Source of the DNA: the human T2T-CHM13v2.0 reference genome, Homo sapiens
Assembly: GCF_009914755.1 (NCBI RefSeq)
Contig: NC_060926.1
DNA length: 64,000 bases
Direction: 5' to 3' (one strand)
Below are positions 16,329 through 33,625 of this stretch, in pieces. The position numbers and the translations under genes are program-made. How positions within the stretch are numbered: position 1 is the first letter of the stretch; each line of letters begins with the position of its first letter. The notes under the pieces were generated by a model. The model ran no database searches, was not told where the DNA came from, and worked only from the letters and a program-made list of their open reading frames with translations.

Positions 16329-18744
16329 TATAGGACTATTTATACAATGGGTGCCAAATAAATACTCTGCACATCTTCCCTCCAAGGACTACTGTCTCAT
16401 TCAAGCTTCAAAAGTTGACAAAGAACCATTAAATGAGCGTTATAAAAAGCAAAGCAAAATATATCTCTGAATCTTTTTATTGTTGAAACCCAATCATGAT
16501 GGGTACTTGCTAGTTTTTCTTCTAAAACATGGTTATGACCATATTAGCATAGAAAAAAACATTTGGGTGGTTTGATTTGCCATGCTTTGTTTGCAACAAG
16601 AAAATAATTTGTATTTTTATTTAAAATGTCTTGCAAGGAAGCAGACATCAGGAATATTTACTCAATAGCTGCTTGACTGATACCATTAGACCTCATTCCA
16701 GAGTGGCCTGGCAGTCCTGAACTGTAACACCAAGTATCACACATTGTGACTTATCTTTCCACAGTGAAAGAGATGTGGGAACAATTTCTTTCCCTCTCTA
16801 GGCAAAGTCTCTGTCATTTCAGTGACACCTGGAAATGGGTGGAGTGTTCAGGTGTTTCAGCAGAACTTTTTCTATCACTGAATGGACTTGGCCTTTCTGT
16901 CTTTTCCTAGGTTCACTGTGGTTGTCCTTTTATTCTCTTCACTCTCCTTACTCATTTTCATCTTCGGTTTGTGGATTAAGAAGGGGAGGGGATGGAGTAG
17001 GAGAGAGACATATCCTGAACTCTGTGGCGTCTATTTCCCCCTATTCTTTACTTGTAGTACTTGGGGCTCTTCCGGCTGGTTTGTCAGAACTGGATACAGA
17101 CACCTTGGGCATTTCTAAGCTTGTCCGGGCACAGGAGCAGCCATGGGTTTGGAGAAATATGATCATTTGAGCCACCCTTCCTTCCCGGCTCAAATGCTAA
17201 ATTACATGGCATTGTAAACATTTGTTACATTTAATTTTTGTTGCCAAATGCGTTTTCTTAAGTATGGGAAAATGTGCCTGAAGATTTGTGTTTTGTTTAA
17301 GAGTGATAATTCAATAAAAGATTTTAGGCTGCTCAATTCTATAATACTTAAAATACTCAGTGATGAGGATTTAAAATGCGAGTAACCAAGCAGCTCAAGA
17401 TAAAGCAAAAGACTTTTTGGGTTTGCTTTCATCTTTTTATTCTTGTGAGCATTTATCTTTCAGCAAGACTTAAAGAGATTTGCCATTTAATATAATTTTA
17501 ATATTTTGAGATCTAATTGAGTATAAAAAAGGTATGTATTGTCTTCTCACTGAACTCTGCTCTGTGTGGGCATTTGAGGAATATGTAGGATTATTGATGA
17601 AGACAGTTAGAAAGCTGGCATGTAGGAATAAATTCTACATCTGTTACCCTTTGGCTGACAGAAGCCACTCGCATCTTCAGAACATGTTTTCTTACCCCGA
17701 ACCAAGGCTTGTGCCTCCAAAACTTTTTTTTCTTTTAAATAAAATATAGCCAAGCTGCAGCTCTTTGTGATGTTTCACACTAAGTCAAGTAAAGAAGACA
17801 GTTTTATTGTGCCCTATCACACAAGCAGCCATATTTATGCTACAAGCTAGGACTGCAGAGGCACAGTTTGTTTTTCTCTCCTTTACACATTCTGTCCTCT
17901 GCTGCCAGTCCCATGCCTATTCCCACATGGATGCCTCCTCTCTTAGCCTGCTCCCATTATGAGCTCCATGGACAGGTACAGCTTTGCCAGCCCCACTGCC
18001 CCCCTACCCTCTATTGCTTATGTTTCCCATTTGCCATTTCTCATTGCTCTTCTAGCTAGACCCTTCACTCACTGCTTCTGCCCTTATTCGAGCTGGGTCT
18101 TCACTCTTGCATGTCCATCTTGGGATTTGTTCTGCTCTTCTTGTTCAGGACCAAACTATCTTTGCTAGGAAAGCATACCTATGATATTAGCATAGCCTGG
18201 TATAGTTCTCAGTGTTTTAAGAAATCATCAATTTTTTCCTTTTGTGATTGAGGCCAGGAGAAGCAGGAAGCCCTTTTAGTATAGGGATGTCCTGAGTCTT
18301 TGGAAGTCAAGCTCATCAAGTTTCCCTCCATTCTGTCGTGAGCAAGCATCAGCTTCCTGGCTGTTGAAGAGTTTCTGTATCTGAGCAGCTGAATATGTTG
18401 GGTAAGGGAAGAGATCAGGTAAAGAATCAATATTATTGAAGGTGAGGCAGGCCCTTCAGCCATTTCTTTGCGACTCGGCACTAGGCAGGTCTTTCCATGG
18501 TGTGCTGGAAAGTGGAAATCCCAATGTGCTGCTTCCCAAGAGCTCCTTGATGTTTTGATTAAACCTGATCAGTTCTGGTTTGGCAAGGTTGATTTGTGTT
18601 AGCAGCAAATTTCATCCGGAAATCTCCCCGATGAACATGCATTGTGTTCTCTGGACTAGAAGGGCCTAATGTTTTGATATTTAGAGTCCTGAAAGTGAAT
18701 AGAATCTTCATGCCCCCTCTCCCCGATGTTTCTCCTGTTCACTA

Positions 18745-18981
18745 CTGCATAGGAATCTACTGAAATTGACACACGTTTTTCCCCTTGTTACCTCATTTCT
18801 TTTCTCTTAAATTAGGAGGCAGCAGAAGTGAACGTCCTGGTACAATTTGTCTGTATTTGTCCTGCACAGGAACCTACCGAAATTGACGTGCTTTTTTCTG
18901 TGTTACCCCCTCTTTCCCTTATCTTAAACTAGGAGGCAGCAGGAGTATATGCTCTGGAAGAATTTGTATGTATTTGTCCTG
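18745..18981. repeat. Diverged tandem duplication, period about 117 bp, 2 copies
   Basis: ctgcataggaatctactgaaattgac..taggaggcagcag..aatttgtctgtatttgtcctg repeated as ctgcacaggaacctaccgaaattgac..taggaggcagcag..aatttgtatgtatttgtcctg. Confidence 0.9.
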
Positions 18982-19484
18982 TCATCTCAGTGTAATCATA
19001 AAGTGATTTTCCTTAGACACCCACAAAACAGCAATCACGCTTTTCCTGGAGCTTCAAATTGGCTGTAGTGATGACATGCTTCTATCCAAGGGATCTCTGT
19101 AAATCATACTTATCACGGTGCCCACCTGTGGTCCCATTTACCAGGGAAGCATTTTGTTCTCATGCATTTGCTTGTTGGTTTTGCTAGAATTCTCATCCTT
19201 CCCTTCCCCTGTGGCATCCCTGTGAATTCTGTTTTCTCATTCCCCACTCTGATTTTACTTGGATATTTACCTGGTTATTTATTCCTTAAGGGATTTCTCA
19301 GCCTGGCTTTTTAAAGATTTATCTCCTACTTTTCTTGACCTATCCCTCATCTCCCCACCCCACTACTTCTTTCTTTTTCTGTCAAGACAGCTGCACTTCT
19401 GATCTCCCTTCCTCGTTTATCTTATTCAGTCAGATCTGCAGCCTCCCCCAGATCCACTGACAGCCAGTACTCCCACCACCCTTA

Positions 19485-19700
19485 CTGAGTGCCTACTATG
19501 TGCCAGTCCCACCCTTGCAACACTCATAAAATCTCTTAAAAAGCAAGGTAGGTAACACCATCCCTGCTTTACAGATGAGGAAAGTAAAACCTAGAGATGT
19601 TAATGGTTGTTCCTATACAATATAATACAAGATGGAAGACTTGGGATTCAAATCCATAGCTCTCTTACTCTAAGCTCATGCTCTTTCCACTGCATTATGC
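19485..19700 (-). mobile_element. MIR
   Basis: tactgagtgcctactatgtgccag..ttacagatgaggaaagtaaaacctagaga..gggattcaaatcc. Confidence 0.8.
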
Positions 19701-20328
19701 TTTCTGACAAGAAAGGCCAAGAATAGTCAATGAAATGACATTAGCTCATCTTCTCTTGAGCTCTTGGTCAGTGTCTTATCAAGAAGAAACTAGTTCAGAG
19801 AAGATAATTTTTTCATAAACAGAAGACTTATAAGTGGCAGAACATCCGGAATCAACCTGGAGTGGCATTCTACATCCTTTTCCTTGTGGTTTAGGGAAAG
19901 CTTTGGTGCTTTTCGTTGCAGCTGCTAAGAGCTGGGTGTTCGTGGCTCAAATGCTGGTTTATAATTAGATGCTAGTTAGGTAAAGATTGTTAGATAAATT
20001 ACTCAAAGTTTCTTTTATATATCTTAATGTGGAGTATTTTTCGTGCTGGCTTATGACAATAAGTATCAATTTAGCCACTCTTTTTCCCTCTTTTATACTC
20101 ACTAGACAAGGCAGAAGCAATGTTTGAACCTATTTTGGTATCTCCCTTCGAACACTGCAGTAGTGAGGCTCTCAGGCTTTCAACATGAGGATGGCCACTA
20201 GACTCCTGTCCTTTAATGTTAATATGCAAAATAATATTCTATATTTGAAGTTAAAGGAGGTCTCAAATAATAAAATGGTGTATTGTTCTAGAACACAAAC
20301 TCACCTGATTTTACTAGATAAAAACTAG

Positions 20329-20670
<342 letters not shown>

Positions 20671-21777
20671 GGACACCTTATCTTAAGCCTCTGGACTTTG
20701 CATCAGGGAAATTTGGTTTATATTAGCTCAGGTTTTATCAGTCCTCAGGGGAATTATTGAAACATTGGCCTTTAACATCAGCACTAACTTAAAATTGCTC
20801 TTATACCTTTGCTAAGAATTTCCTTGACATTTCTCAAGTTATATAAATGCCTTTTGAATCAATATAAAATGGGCCTCCTAAAAAATGATCTGACTGGACT
20901 CCAGTTTCCCCTTGTGGGTTTTGAGATAAAGTCCATAAATATTTAATAACTGGGCGTTATGGGGAACTTTCTGTCCTAGTTTTGATGTGAAGTTGCTATT
21001 TGAAGTTGGAGCATGTTTGGCCCCCATATGAAAACTTTTGACTTAAATTTTAACCATATTATTTGTTATTTTTAAAATAATTGATTCAAATGTTATAATG
21101 TCCTGATAAGGTGTTCAAAGTGATAGTTTGGTTATTTTGGCCCTGCAAAGTCAACTTAAACACCATTGAGAGGTTTGTTTTTAAAATCTATGATTTAATT
21201 TTTTCAACTTACACATTCTGATATAGTAAAACGTCAGTAAAAATGTCATAGAGGATTATCTCGTTTGAGTTCTCTTTTTTTCAGTGTATGTATTATTTAC
21301 CCATTTCTTTGTATCTTTACCAATTCAGATTTTGAATTAACATAGCATTGTTAGAATTGAGTTTTTCTGATGAACTACTGTATAGGAACTTTCTTGAAGA
21401 TATGTGCTTCTTTCATGAGACAGTAATATTTAATCTTTAGATGTTTGTTAAGTGCAGATTGAATCCAGTACATCCAGTCCAGACTATTTTCATATAGAAA
21501 TTGTCTCCTTGGGTTTTACGGCACTAAGCTCAGCTCTTACACACACATTACTCAGTACCTTTATGAGATTTCCTTTGCGGGTCATGGCTTAATTATATTA
21601 GTTTGTATGAATAAGAAGAACGAATGGAATGACAAACTTTAAGAGCTAGAAGCAGACATTTACACTTTCACTTAGAAGCCCACTAAACATAAAATAGACC
21701 TCTGAGAAAGGTAAGATTGGTCAAAGTCAAGCAGGACACTCCCACTGGCTGCGAATAACAGGAACTCTTGCAAGTCT

Positions 21778-21825
21778 GGTGACCTTCCAGAAATCAATGC
21801 ACAGGTGACCTTCCAGAAATCAATG
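21778..21825. repeat. Perfect 22-bp direct repeat with 4-nt spacer
   Basis: ggtgaccttccagaaatcaatg at 21778-21799 and 21804-21825. Confidence 0.95.
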
Positions 21826-22959
21826 TCATCAACAAGTCTCTGGCACTGTGTGAGGGAGAGGATGCCTAAGCCTGATAATGGGCATATTCAGTTCTCAGTA
21901 GTTATAGTTCTTCCTGTAAAGTAATGCATTGGCTTTCTGAGACATAGGTTTCATTTTCCTTCCAGGGCCTGGATGAAGCAGGACTTGAAGATTTTGATTT
22001 GTAGCCATGGCAGAATGCCCCCTGGGAACTGGCTGGCCCTCCTATTAGTGCAGTGGTACAGGGCTGTAATAGATAAGGTTAAGGCTCGTTGACAAACATT
22101 TAGCCTCACGTATGAAAATGTTGGGATAATTAGTATTCAAAGATGGCAGGTTTTCCCTAGTGAAGCCGAAAGAACACTAGAAAGGATGTTTGTGATGAGA
22201 AAATTAGAAAGAATTTGAAGGGCTTACATAAAAATACAACAGGTCTTGATAATTGAACCCTTATATTTTGTTCATGTTGCATTTTTGGGTCTCATTCATC
22301 ATCATCACTATCAGATTCACCAAGAAATATTTATTTTGAACTTGCTTTGTGCTAAGCACTATTCTAGACATGGGTACAGAGAAGTAGAAACATACCCCTG
22401 CCTTCATGTAGCTTACACTTCAGGGACATAGGCCCTACCCATTGTGATTGTAACACACTGCGACTCCTTTTCTCATGTCTTGAGGATTCAGTCTTTTATA
22501 CCCACTCTATAGTCACTCTTCAAATATGACTTTTTTTTTTTCTGGGATAAAGCATGATGAATCTATCTTGTTTACTTTTTTTTTTCTTTTTATTATACTT
22601 AAAGTTTTAGGTTATAGTAGAAAGAAAGTATCTTGCTTACTTTCTTTGTACTGTAAGATATATTGGTATCTAAATATTTCTCCTTGTCTTAGAGGAATGG
22701 TGATATTTAGAAAGGATGGAGTGGTGTGAATGGTGGGGTGATAATTATGAAAAGAGAAATGATGTGTAAAATAAGAAAATTTTTTTAATAATTTGAAGGA
22801 TATTGAGTCTAACTCTTTAAAAATATATCAATAACAACTTTGGTTGGGTCTTGGAGTCATTATTACTTCAGTTTTACTAATCTACATGATTGTTCCCAAG
22901 ACTATGATGGTTTAAGTCAAAACAAAAAGTCTTGTCATTCCTCTGCTCAAAAATCTTAT

Positions 22960-23370
22960 ATCTCAAATCCTTATCTGCTAATTCTGGGAAACATAATGTT
23001 GAGGGAAAAATGCAAGTTGCAGAAGTAATGTTCACAGTAAGGTGCTATTTATACAATTTTAAAGCCATTAAAACAATGCTACATGTCATTTATGGGTTGC
23101 ATATATATAGTAAAAGGGTCATGGATGAGAATGATAAACACTAAATTTAGAATAGTTTTTGGCTATGGGAGTAAAAAGGGAGGGTAATACAAATGAGAAA
23201 GGCTTTATATGTGTTAATAGTCCTTTATTTCTTAAGCGGAAGGGCAATGCAAATGAGGAAGCCTTCATATGTGTTTATTTTATTTCTTATTGGTGAGTGT
23301 ACAGATGGTCCATTATATTCTTCTAACTTTTCTTTTTGTAAGCTACTTTTTTTGAAAGTTTTATTTAAAT
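22960..23370 (+). mobile_element. Old L1ME-type 3' end
   Basis: aacataatgttgagggaaaaatgcaagttgcagaag..gataaacactaaatttagaatag. Confidence 0.55.
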
Positions 23371-24230
23371 ATAAGAATGAGAATTAGAGAATCTGTTATT
23401 TTAATGCATGTATTCAGTCTTTGCTTAAGTCTGTGGTATTTTATATTTCTTCATCTTGACTAGAGGTTCATGTGAGAGAATATCAAGCTGGTTTGTGTGA
23501 CTCTAAGACCTCTCATCTCTGTACGGTTTGTCAGCTTCCTGTCAGCCTCAGACTCAGAGTGGCTGGCCATGTAAATGTTCCTTCTGAACAATTTCTGGAT
23601 GGCTGCTCCCTGTCTATGTTGGCTGCTCTCTTCAGTATTAATTTTACATCCACCCTCCCAATGGGATTTTCTTTGTCTGGGAAGCTGTAGTAGAACTCAA
23701 AAGCATTTTTTACCAATAGAACTTTGAGCTGCTAAGCCCATCCCTTGGCTCAGTGAGTCCTTCCTTTGCTGGTACACTACAGTTATAAATCAAATATGAG
23801 AAGACCCTGAGCTGGTGCCCTGTAGATTGAAGAGTGCAGCTGACATCTTTTAAACTGAGATTGTCATTTGGAGCAGTTTCTGAGTATTTTCACTCAAGGA
23901 TATGTGAACAACCAAGGTTTTGAAAGTCTGTTTTTCTCCATTTGGCTTGAAAGCACAGTTCAAGTCATTGTGAATCTTTCTAAGCTTTTACTAGTTATGA
24001 GAAGCAGGTCCAATCTTGAGAAGCACGTAAAATTGTAGGGAAATTATCTACATTATGATAAATATTTAAGAAGTGGAGAAGTTGTCTGAGGATGGTATAG
24101 TTGAATGTATAAAGGGACAAACTCTAAAAAATGAACTAAGAAAGTTAAGGAGTGATGATGCAAACTTCATAGGCTACAACACTGGGCATGGCGGACAGGT
24201 AATTTATATCACTTCACAAGTGACCTCAGA

Positions 24231-24531
<301 letters not shown>

Positions 24532-24770
24532 AGTATTTAATTTAATGAAAATATTCATCTCCAACAATGAAATATTACATTAACTGAGAAAAGTTTGATT
24601 TCCTTATAAATCACACACATACGTATGTGTGTATGTATATGTATTTGTATGTTTATGTATCTCTACTGTGTCTTTTTTAAAATTCTAAACAACTTGTTTT
24701 ATATGCTACATAGATTGGTATTTTAACCAGGTAAAAAGTGGTAGTCTGTCATGTAAAACTTCTGCCCTGG

Positions 24771-25127
24771 TGTATTAGTCCATTTTCACCCTTCTGTAAA
24801 GAATTACCTGAGACTGGGTAATTTAGGAAGAAAAGTAGTTTAATTGACTCACATTTCCACAGGCTTAATAACAGAAAGTATGACTGGGAGGCCTCAGGGA
24901 ACTTGTATTCATGGCAGAAGGCGAAAGGGAAGCAAGGGCCTTCACATGGTGGCAGGAGAGAGAGAGCTAAGGGGGAAGGTGCCACACACATTTAAACCGT
25001 TAGATCTTGTGAGAACTCACTGAGTAGCAAGGGGGGAATCCACCCCCATGATCTAATCACCTCACATCAGGCTCCTCCTCCAATCTGACATGAGATTTCA
25101 GCAGGGAAACAAATCCAAACCTTATGA
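24771..25127 (-). mobile_element. MaLR solo LTR (MSTA/THE1D-like)
   Basis: tgtattagtcc..cctgagactgggtaattt..aaatccaaaccttatga; flanks cctgg and cccag are consistent with a decayed CCCGG TSD. Confidence 0.88.
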
Positions 25128-25581
25128 CCCAGTTACAGTGAAAGAGATAGCCCTATCTTTTCCATTTTCATAGACAAGGAATAATGACTACCCTAATGTC
25201 TCAACATGGAAAAGAATGGGGAAAACACACATGCCATCTCTTAACCCCTAATTGTACCTTCATGGGGGAACTGGGGGACTTAGGATCAGTGAGTGTGGAT
25301 GGCAAACCTTTGGGCATGGAGGGCTAAGCCTTGCATGTGTGTCTTTTGGAATGTTCTCAGAAGCACTTCTTTGTTCATTACTGTAATGAGCTTTCTAGGT
25401 AGGTCTGTCTTTGAAAGGAGTATGGGAAAGCTCCATTTGGTGAGAAAGGCTCTATTTGGTAGGAAAAGTACACCTTAGAGATAGATTAAGAAGATCAACT
25501 ATGGCCAAAAGCCAAGCCAGACTCTTTAGCCTTATCAGGAATTATGCTGTCATTTTCATTATCATTTGTCCAATTCCTATC

Positions 25582-25870
<289 letters not shown>

Positions 25871-26105
25871 TGAACTCCATGTCTTACCTGATAGGTCCAA
25901 AATCATAATGGAGAGAGGAATAAAGTTAATGATTACCCCTAAACTCCAGTGACTTCTATGTGGTACCTACCTGTATGAATATATGTAGGGTAAGGAGAGA
26001 AGGGAAGGCTAAGGTTGGGAAAGTGGCATTATCCTTGCTTTTTTTCTGGACCAAATATTGGAAAATAACCTACATTGTTTATAACTGAAAATCTTCTCTC
26101 TATAT

Positions 26106-26316
26106 CAGGGTTTTTCAGTCTCAACATTATTGACATTTTGAGACTGATAGTTCTTTGTTTTAGGGGCTGTCTTCTTCATTGTAGGAAGTTAGCAGCACCT
26201 CGGGCCTCCGTTTACTGGATGCCAGCATCACCCACCCAGTGTGACAACCAAGAATGCCTCCAGACATTGCCAAGTGTCCCCTTAGGGGCAAAGTCACTCC
26301 CAGTTTAGAATCACTT
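26106..26316 (-). mobile_element. MER20 (hAT-Charlie)
   Basis: cagggtttttc..attgacattttg..ctccagacattgccaagtgtccc..gggcaaagtcac. Confidence 0.88.
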
Positions 26317-26669
26317 CTCCCTATAAAAACCCAACACTTATTTTTTATTTTTGTAAGCCAATGAAATGGAGAAGAGCTTTTTTTCAAGATTTAGGAGACT
26401 TAGAGCAATGTAAATTGGCATTCTTTTCACTTGTTATTTAGTACACCTGAATAGGGTTCAAAAAGCCCCAGTTATAATCTAAATCCTATTTTATTACTCT
26501 TCCATAAAAAGTTAACCTGGGTAACCTATCCTCAAACCTCGTAGATTTAATTTTTCTTATACATACATTAGCACAGTTCAGTTGTTATGCAACACATTCC
26601 TCCTGATTGTTATTTCTATTATTCCAGATTTGGAGGTACACTTAGACTTTCAAAATGGGCTGATTTTAT

Positions 26670-27130
26670 AGCCTTTGATCTGGTCATTCAACTTCAAGTA
26701 ATTTATCCTAAAGCAGTACTCACATGTGTATGCAAAGACTTATATATAGATATGCTCATTGCAGTGTTGTTTGCAATGGCAAATACTAGAAATAACTCTA
26801 ACGCTCATCTTTAGGAGGTAAATAAATTATAGAACATCCATACAGTATAAGGGGATTGAGCCATTGTAAAGAATGAGGATGGGAAATAGACTCACATATG
26901 TTATATAAATATAATATATGCACATAAATGTGAAAAGTACTATACATTAAGCAGAAAATGAAAAATATAATCTTATTTCTATTATAAAACTTTATCCATA
27001 TGCAAATGCATGAATAGAAAAAATATTAAGGTTTATACACTAAATTGTTAATATTTGAGAGACAATGGGTTCTGGAAAATTTTCTCCTTTTATATGTTTC
27101 TGTGGTGTTCACAATGTTTTATTAAAAAAG
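26670..27130 (+). mobile_element. Old L1M 3' fragment
   Basis: gcctttgatctggtcattcaacttcaagtaatttatcctaa..atgctcattgcagtgttgtttgcaatggcaaa. Confidence 0.6.
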
Positions 27131-27215
27131 GAAATAAGGTATCTGTTTAAAAGGAATGTATATTTTTCTTCATACTGGACAAAGGCCTGTAAAAAAAAAA
27201 TGACTTTATCTAAGT

Positions 27216-27410
27216 CATGGTTCTCAACTGGAGGTGACTTTGCCCGCTAGGGGACATTTGGCAATGTCAATGTCTGGAGGCATTCTTAGTTGTCAAAACC
27301 AAGGGCAAGGGGTGCTAGTGGGACACTGGTAAATATCTTACATAGGACAGGCCCCTACAACAAAGAATTAACAAGCTCAAATGTCCATAGTGCCAAAGTT
27401 GCAAGTACTG
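27216..27410 (+). mobile_element. MER20 (hAT-Charlie)
   Basis: ggttctcaactggaggtgactttgccc..ggggacatttggcaatgtc..aacaaagaatta. Confidence 0.88.
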
Positions 27411-27827
27411 GTTGTGATGCAGTGCTTGCTTGAAAAAATTACCTTTAGAATTTTCAGAGGGTGTTACATTTGAAACTGATAGATATATTCATGACAGACC
27501 ATGATCCTTATCCTATTGTCTTTTTCTTGGGATATTAAAAGACATTATAAAAAACACTTTGCTTTACCAAAAGTTGTCTTTTTATTTAAATTAATTAATT
27601 AATTAATTAATTTTTTATTATACTTTAAGTTTTAGGGTACATGTGCACATTGTGCAGGTTAGTTACATATGTATATGTATACATGTGCCATGCTGGTGCG
27701 CTGCACTCACTAGCTCGTCATCTAGCATCAGGTATATCTCCCAATGCTATCCCTCCCCCCTCCCACCACCCCACAACAGTCCCCAGAGTGTGATATTCCC
27801 CTTCCTGTGTCCATGTGATCTCATTTT

Positions 27828-31652
<3,825 letters not shown>

Positions 31653-31700
31653 TTATTTTGCTCGTTAGTTGATGCAGTTTCTTCCTAGTCTCGATGGTCT

Positions 31701-32717
31701 TTACGTTTTGGCATGATTTTGCAGCAGCTGGTACTGGTTGTTCCTTTCCATGTTTAGCGTTTCCTTCAGGAGCTCTTTTAGGGCAGGCCTGGTGGTGACA
31801 GAATCTCTCAGCATTTGCTTGTTTGTAAAGTATTTTATTTCTCCTTCACTTATGAAGCTTAGTTTGGCTGGATATGAAATTCTGGGTTGAAAATTCTTTT
31901 CTTTAAGAATGTTGAATATTGGCCCCCACTCTCTTCTGGCTTGTAGGGTTTCTGCCGAGAGATCCGCTGTTAGTCTGATGGGCTTCCCTTTGAGGGTAAC
32001 CTGACCTTTCTCTCTGGCTGCCCTTAACATTTTTTCCTTCATTTCAACTTTGGTGAATCTGACAATTATGTGTCTTGGAGTTGCTCTTCTCGAGGAGTAT
32101 CTTTGTGGCGTTCTCTGTATTTCCTGAATCTGAACGTTGGCCTGCCTTGCTAGATTGGGGAAGTTCTCCCGGATAATATCCTGGAGAGTGTTTTCCAACT
32201 TGGTTCCATTGTCCCCATCACTTTCAGGTACACCAGTCCGACGTAGATTAGGTCTTTTCACAGAGTCCCGTATTTCTTGGAGGCTTTGCTCATTTCTTTT
32301 TATTCTTTTTTCTCTAAACTTCCCTTCTCGCTTCATTTCATTCATTTCATCTTCCATTGCTGATACCCTTTCTTCCAGTTGATCGCATCGGCTCCTCAGG
32401 CTTCTGCATTCTTCACGTAGTTCTTGAGCCTTGGTTTTCAGCTCCATCAGCTCCTTTAAGCACTTCTCTGTATTGGTTATTCTAGTTATACATTCTTCTA
32501 AATTTTTTTCAAAGTTTTCAACTTCTTTGCCTTTGGTTTGAATGTCCTCCTGTAGCTCAGAGTAATTTGATCGTCTGAAGCCTTCTTCTCTCAGCTCGTC
32601 AAAGTCATTCTCCATCCAGCTTTGTTCCATTGCTGGTGAGGAACTGCGTTCCTTTGGAGGAGGAGAGGCGCTCTGCTTTTTAGAGTTTCCAGTCTTTCTG
32701 TTCTCTTTTTTTCCCAT
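31701..32717 (-). CDS. L1 ORF1p, open 338-aa frame
   Basis: Full length MGKK..HAKT with coiled coil, REKG, ARR and YPAKLS motifs; substitutions at the RRM start (EIRDSVKRPNLRRTGV). Confidence 0.85.
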   Translation of the reverse strand: MGKKENRKTGNSKKQSASPPPKERSSSPAMEQSWMENDFDELREEGFRRSNYSELQEDIQTKGKEVENFEKNLEECITRITNTEKCLKELMELKTKAQELREECRSLRSRCDQLEERVSAMEDEMNEMKREGKFREKRIKRNEQSLQEIRDSVKRPNLRRTGVPESDGDNGTKLENTLQDIIRENFPNLARQANVQIQEIQRTPQRYSSRRATPRHIIVRFTKVEMKEKMLRAAREKGQVTLKGKPIRLTADLSAETLQARREWGPIFNILKEKNFQPRISYPAKLSFISEGEIKYFTNKQMLRDSVTTRPALKELLKETLNMERNNQYQLLQNHAKT

Positions 32718-33625
32718 CTTTGTGGTTTTATCTACTTTTGGTCTTTGATGATGGTGATGTACAGATGGGTTTTTGGTGTGGATGTCCTTTCTGTTTGTTA
32801 GTTTTCCTTCTAACAGACAGGACCCTCAGCTGCAGGTCTGTTGGAATACCCTGCCGTGTGAGGTGTCAGTGTGCCCCTGCTGGGGGGTGCCTCCCAGTTA
32901 GGCTGCTAGGGGGTCAGGTGTCAGGGAACCACTTGAGGAGGCAGTCTTCCCGTTTCTCAGATCTCCAGCTGCATGCTGGGAGAACCACTGCTCTCTTCAA
33001 AGCTGTCAGACAGGGACATTTAAGTCTGCAGAGGTTACTGCTGTCTTTTTGTTTGTCTGTGCCCTGCCCCCAGAGGTGGAGCCTACAGATGCAGGCAGGC
33101 CTCCTTGAGCTGTGGTGGACTCCACCCAGTTCGAGCTTCCAGGCTGCTTTGTTTACCTAAGCAAGCCTGGGCAATGGCGGGCGCCCCTCCCCCAGCCTCG
33201 CTGCCACCTTGCAGTTTGATCTCAGACTGCTGTGCTAGCAATCAGCGAGACTCCGTGGGCGTAGGACCCTCCGAGCCAGGTGCGGGATATAATCTCGTGG
33301 TGCGCCGTTTTTTTAAGCCGGTCAGAAAAGCGCAGTATTCGGGTGGGAGTGACCCGATTTTCCAGGTGCGTCCGTCACCCCTTTCTTTGACTCGGAAAGG
33401 GAACTCCCTGACCCCTTGCGCTTCCCAAGTGAGGCAATGCCTCGCCCTGCTTCGGCTCGCGCACGGTGCGCGCACCCACTGACCTGCGCCCACTGTCTGG
33501 CACTCCCTAGTGAGATGAACCCGGTACCTCAGATGGAAATGCAGAAATCACCAGTCTTCTGCGTTGCTCATGCTGGGAGCTGTAGACCCGAGCTGTTCCT
33601 ATTCGGCCATCTTGGCTCCTCCTCC
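32718..33625 (-). promoter_or_regulatory. L1 5'UTR internal sense promoter (YY1 site) and antisense promoter; CpG-rich
   Basis: Intact CAAGATGGCC (reverse complement at 33605-33614); the only clearly CpG-dense stretch in the window outside Alus. Confidence 0.85.
33174..33482 (+). CDS. L1 antisense ORF0, extended to 102 aa by a frameshift
   Basis: MAGAPPPASLPPCSLISDCCASNQRDSVGVGPSEPG matches ORF0; strong Kozak gcaATGg; T7 run at 33308-33314 shifts the frame. Confidence 0.7.
   Translation: MAGAPPPASLPPCSLISDCCASNQRDSVGVGPSEPGAGYNLVVRRFFKPVRKAQYSGGSDPIFQVRPSPLSLTRKGNSLTPCASQVRQCLALLRLAHGARTH

Noticed and set aside
21778-21825. CRISPR-like repeat-spacer
   Set aside because: Only two repeats with a 4-nt spacer, in mammalian DNA with no cas genes.
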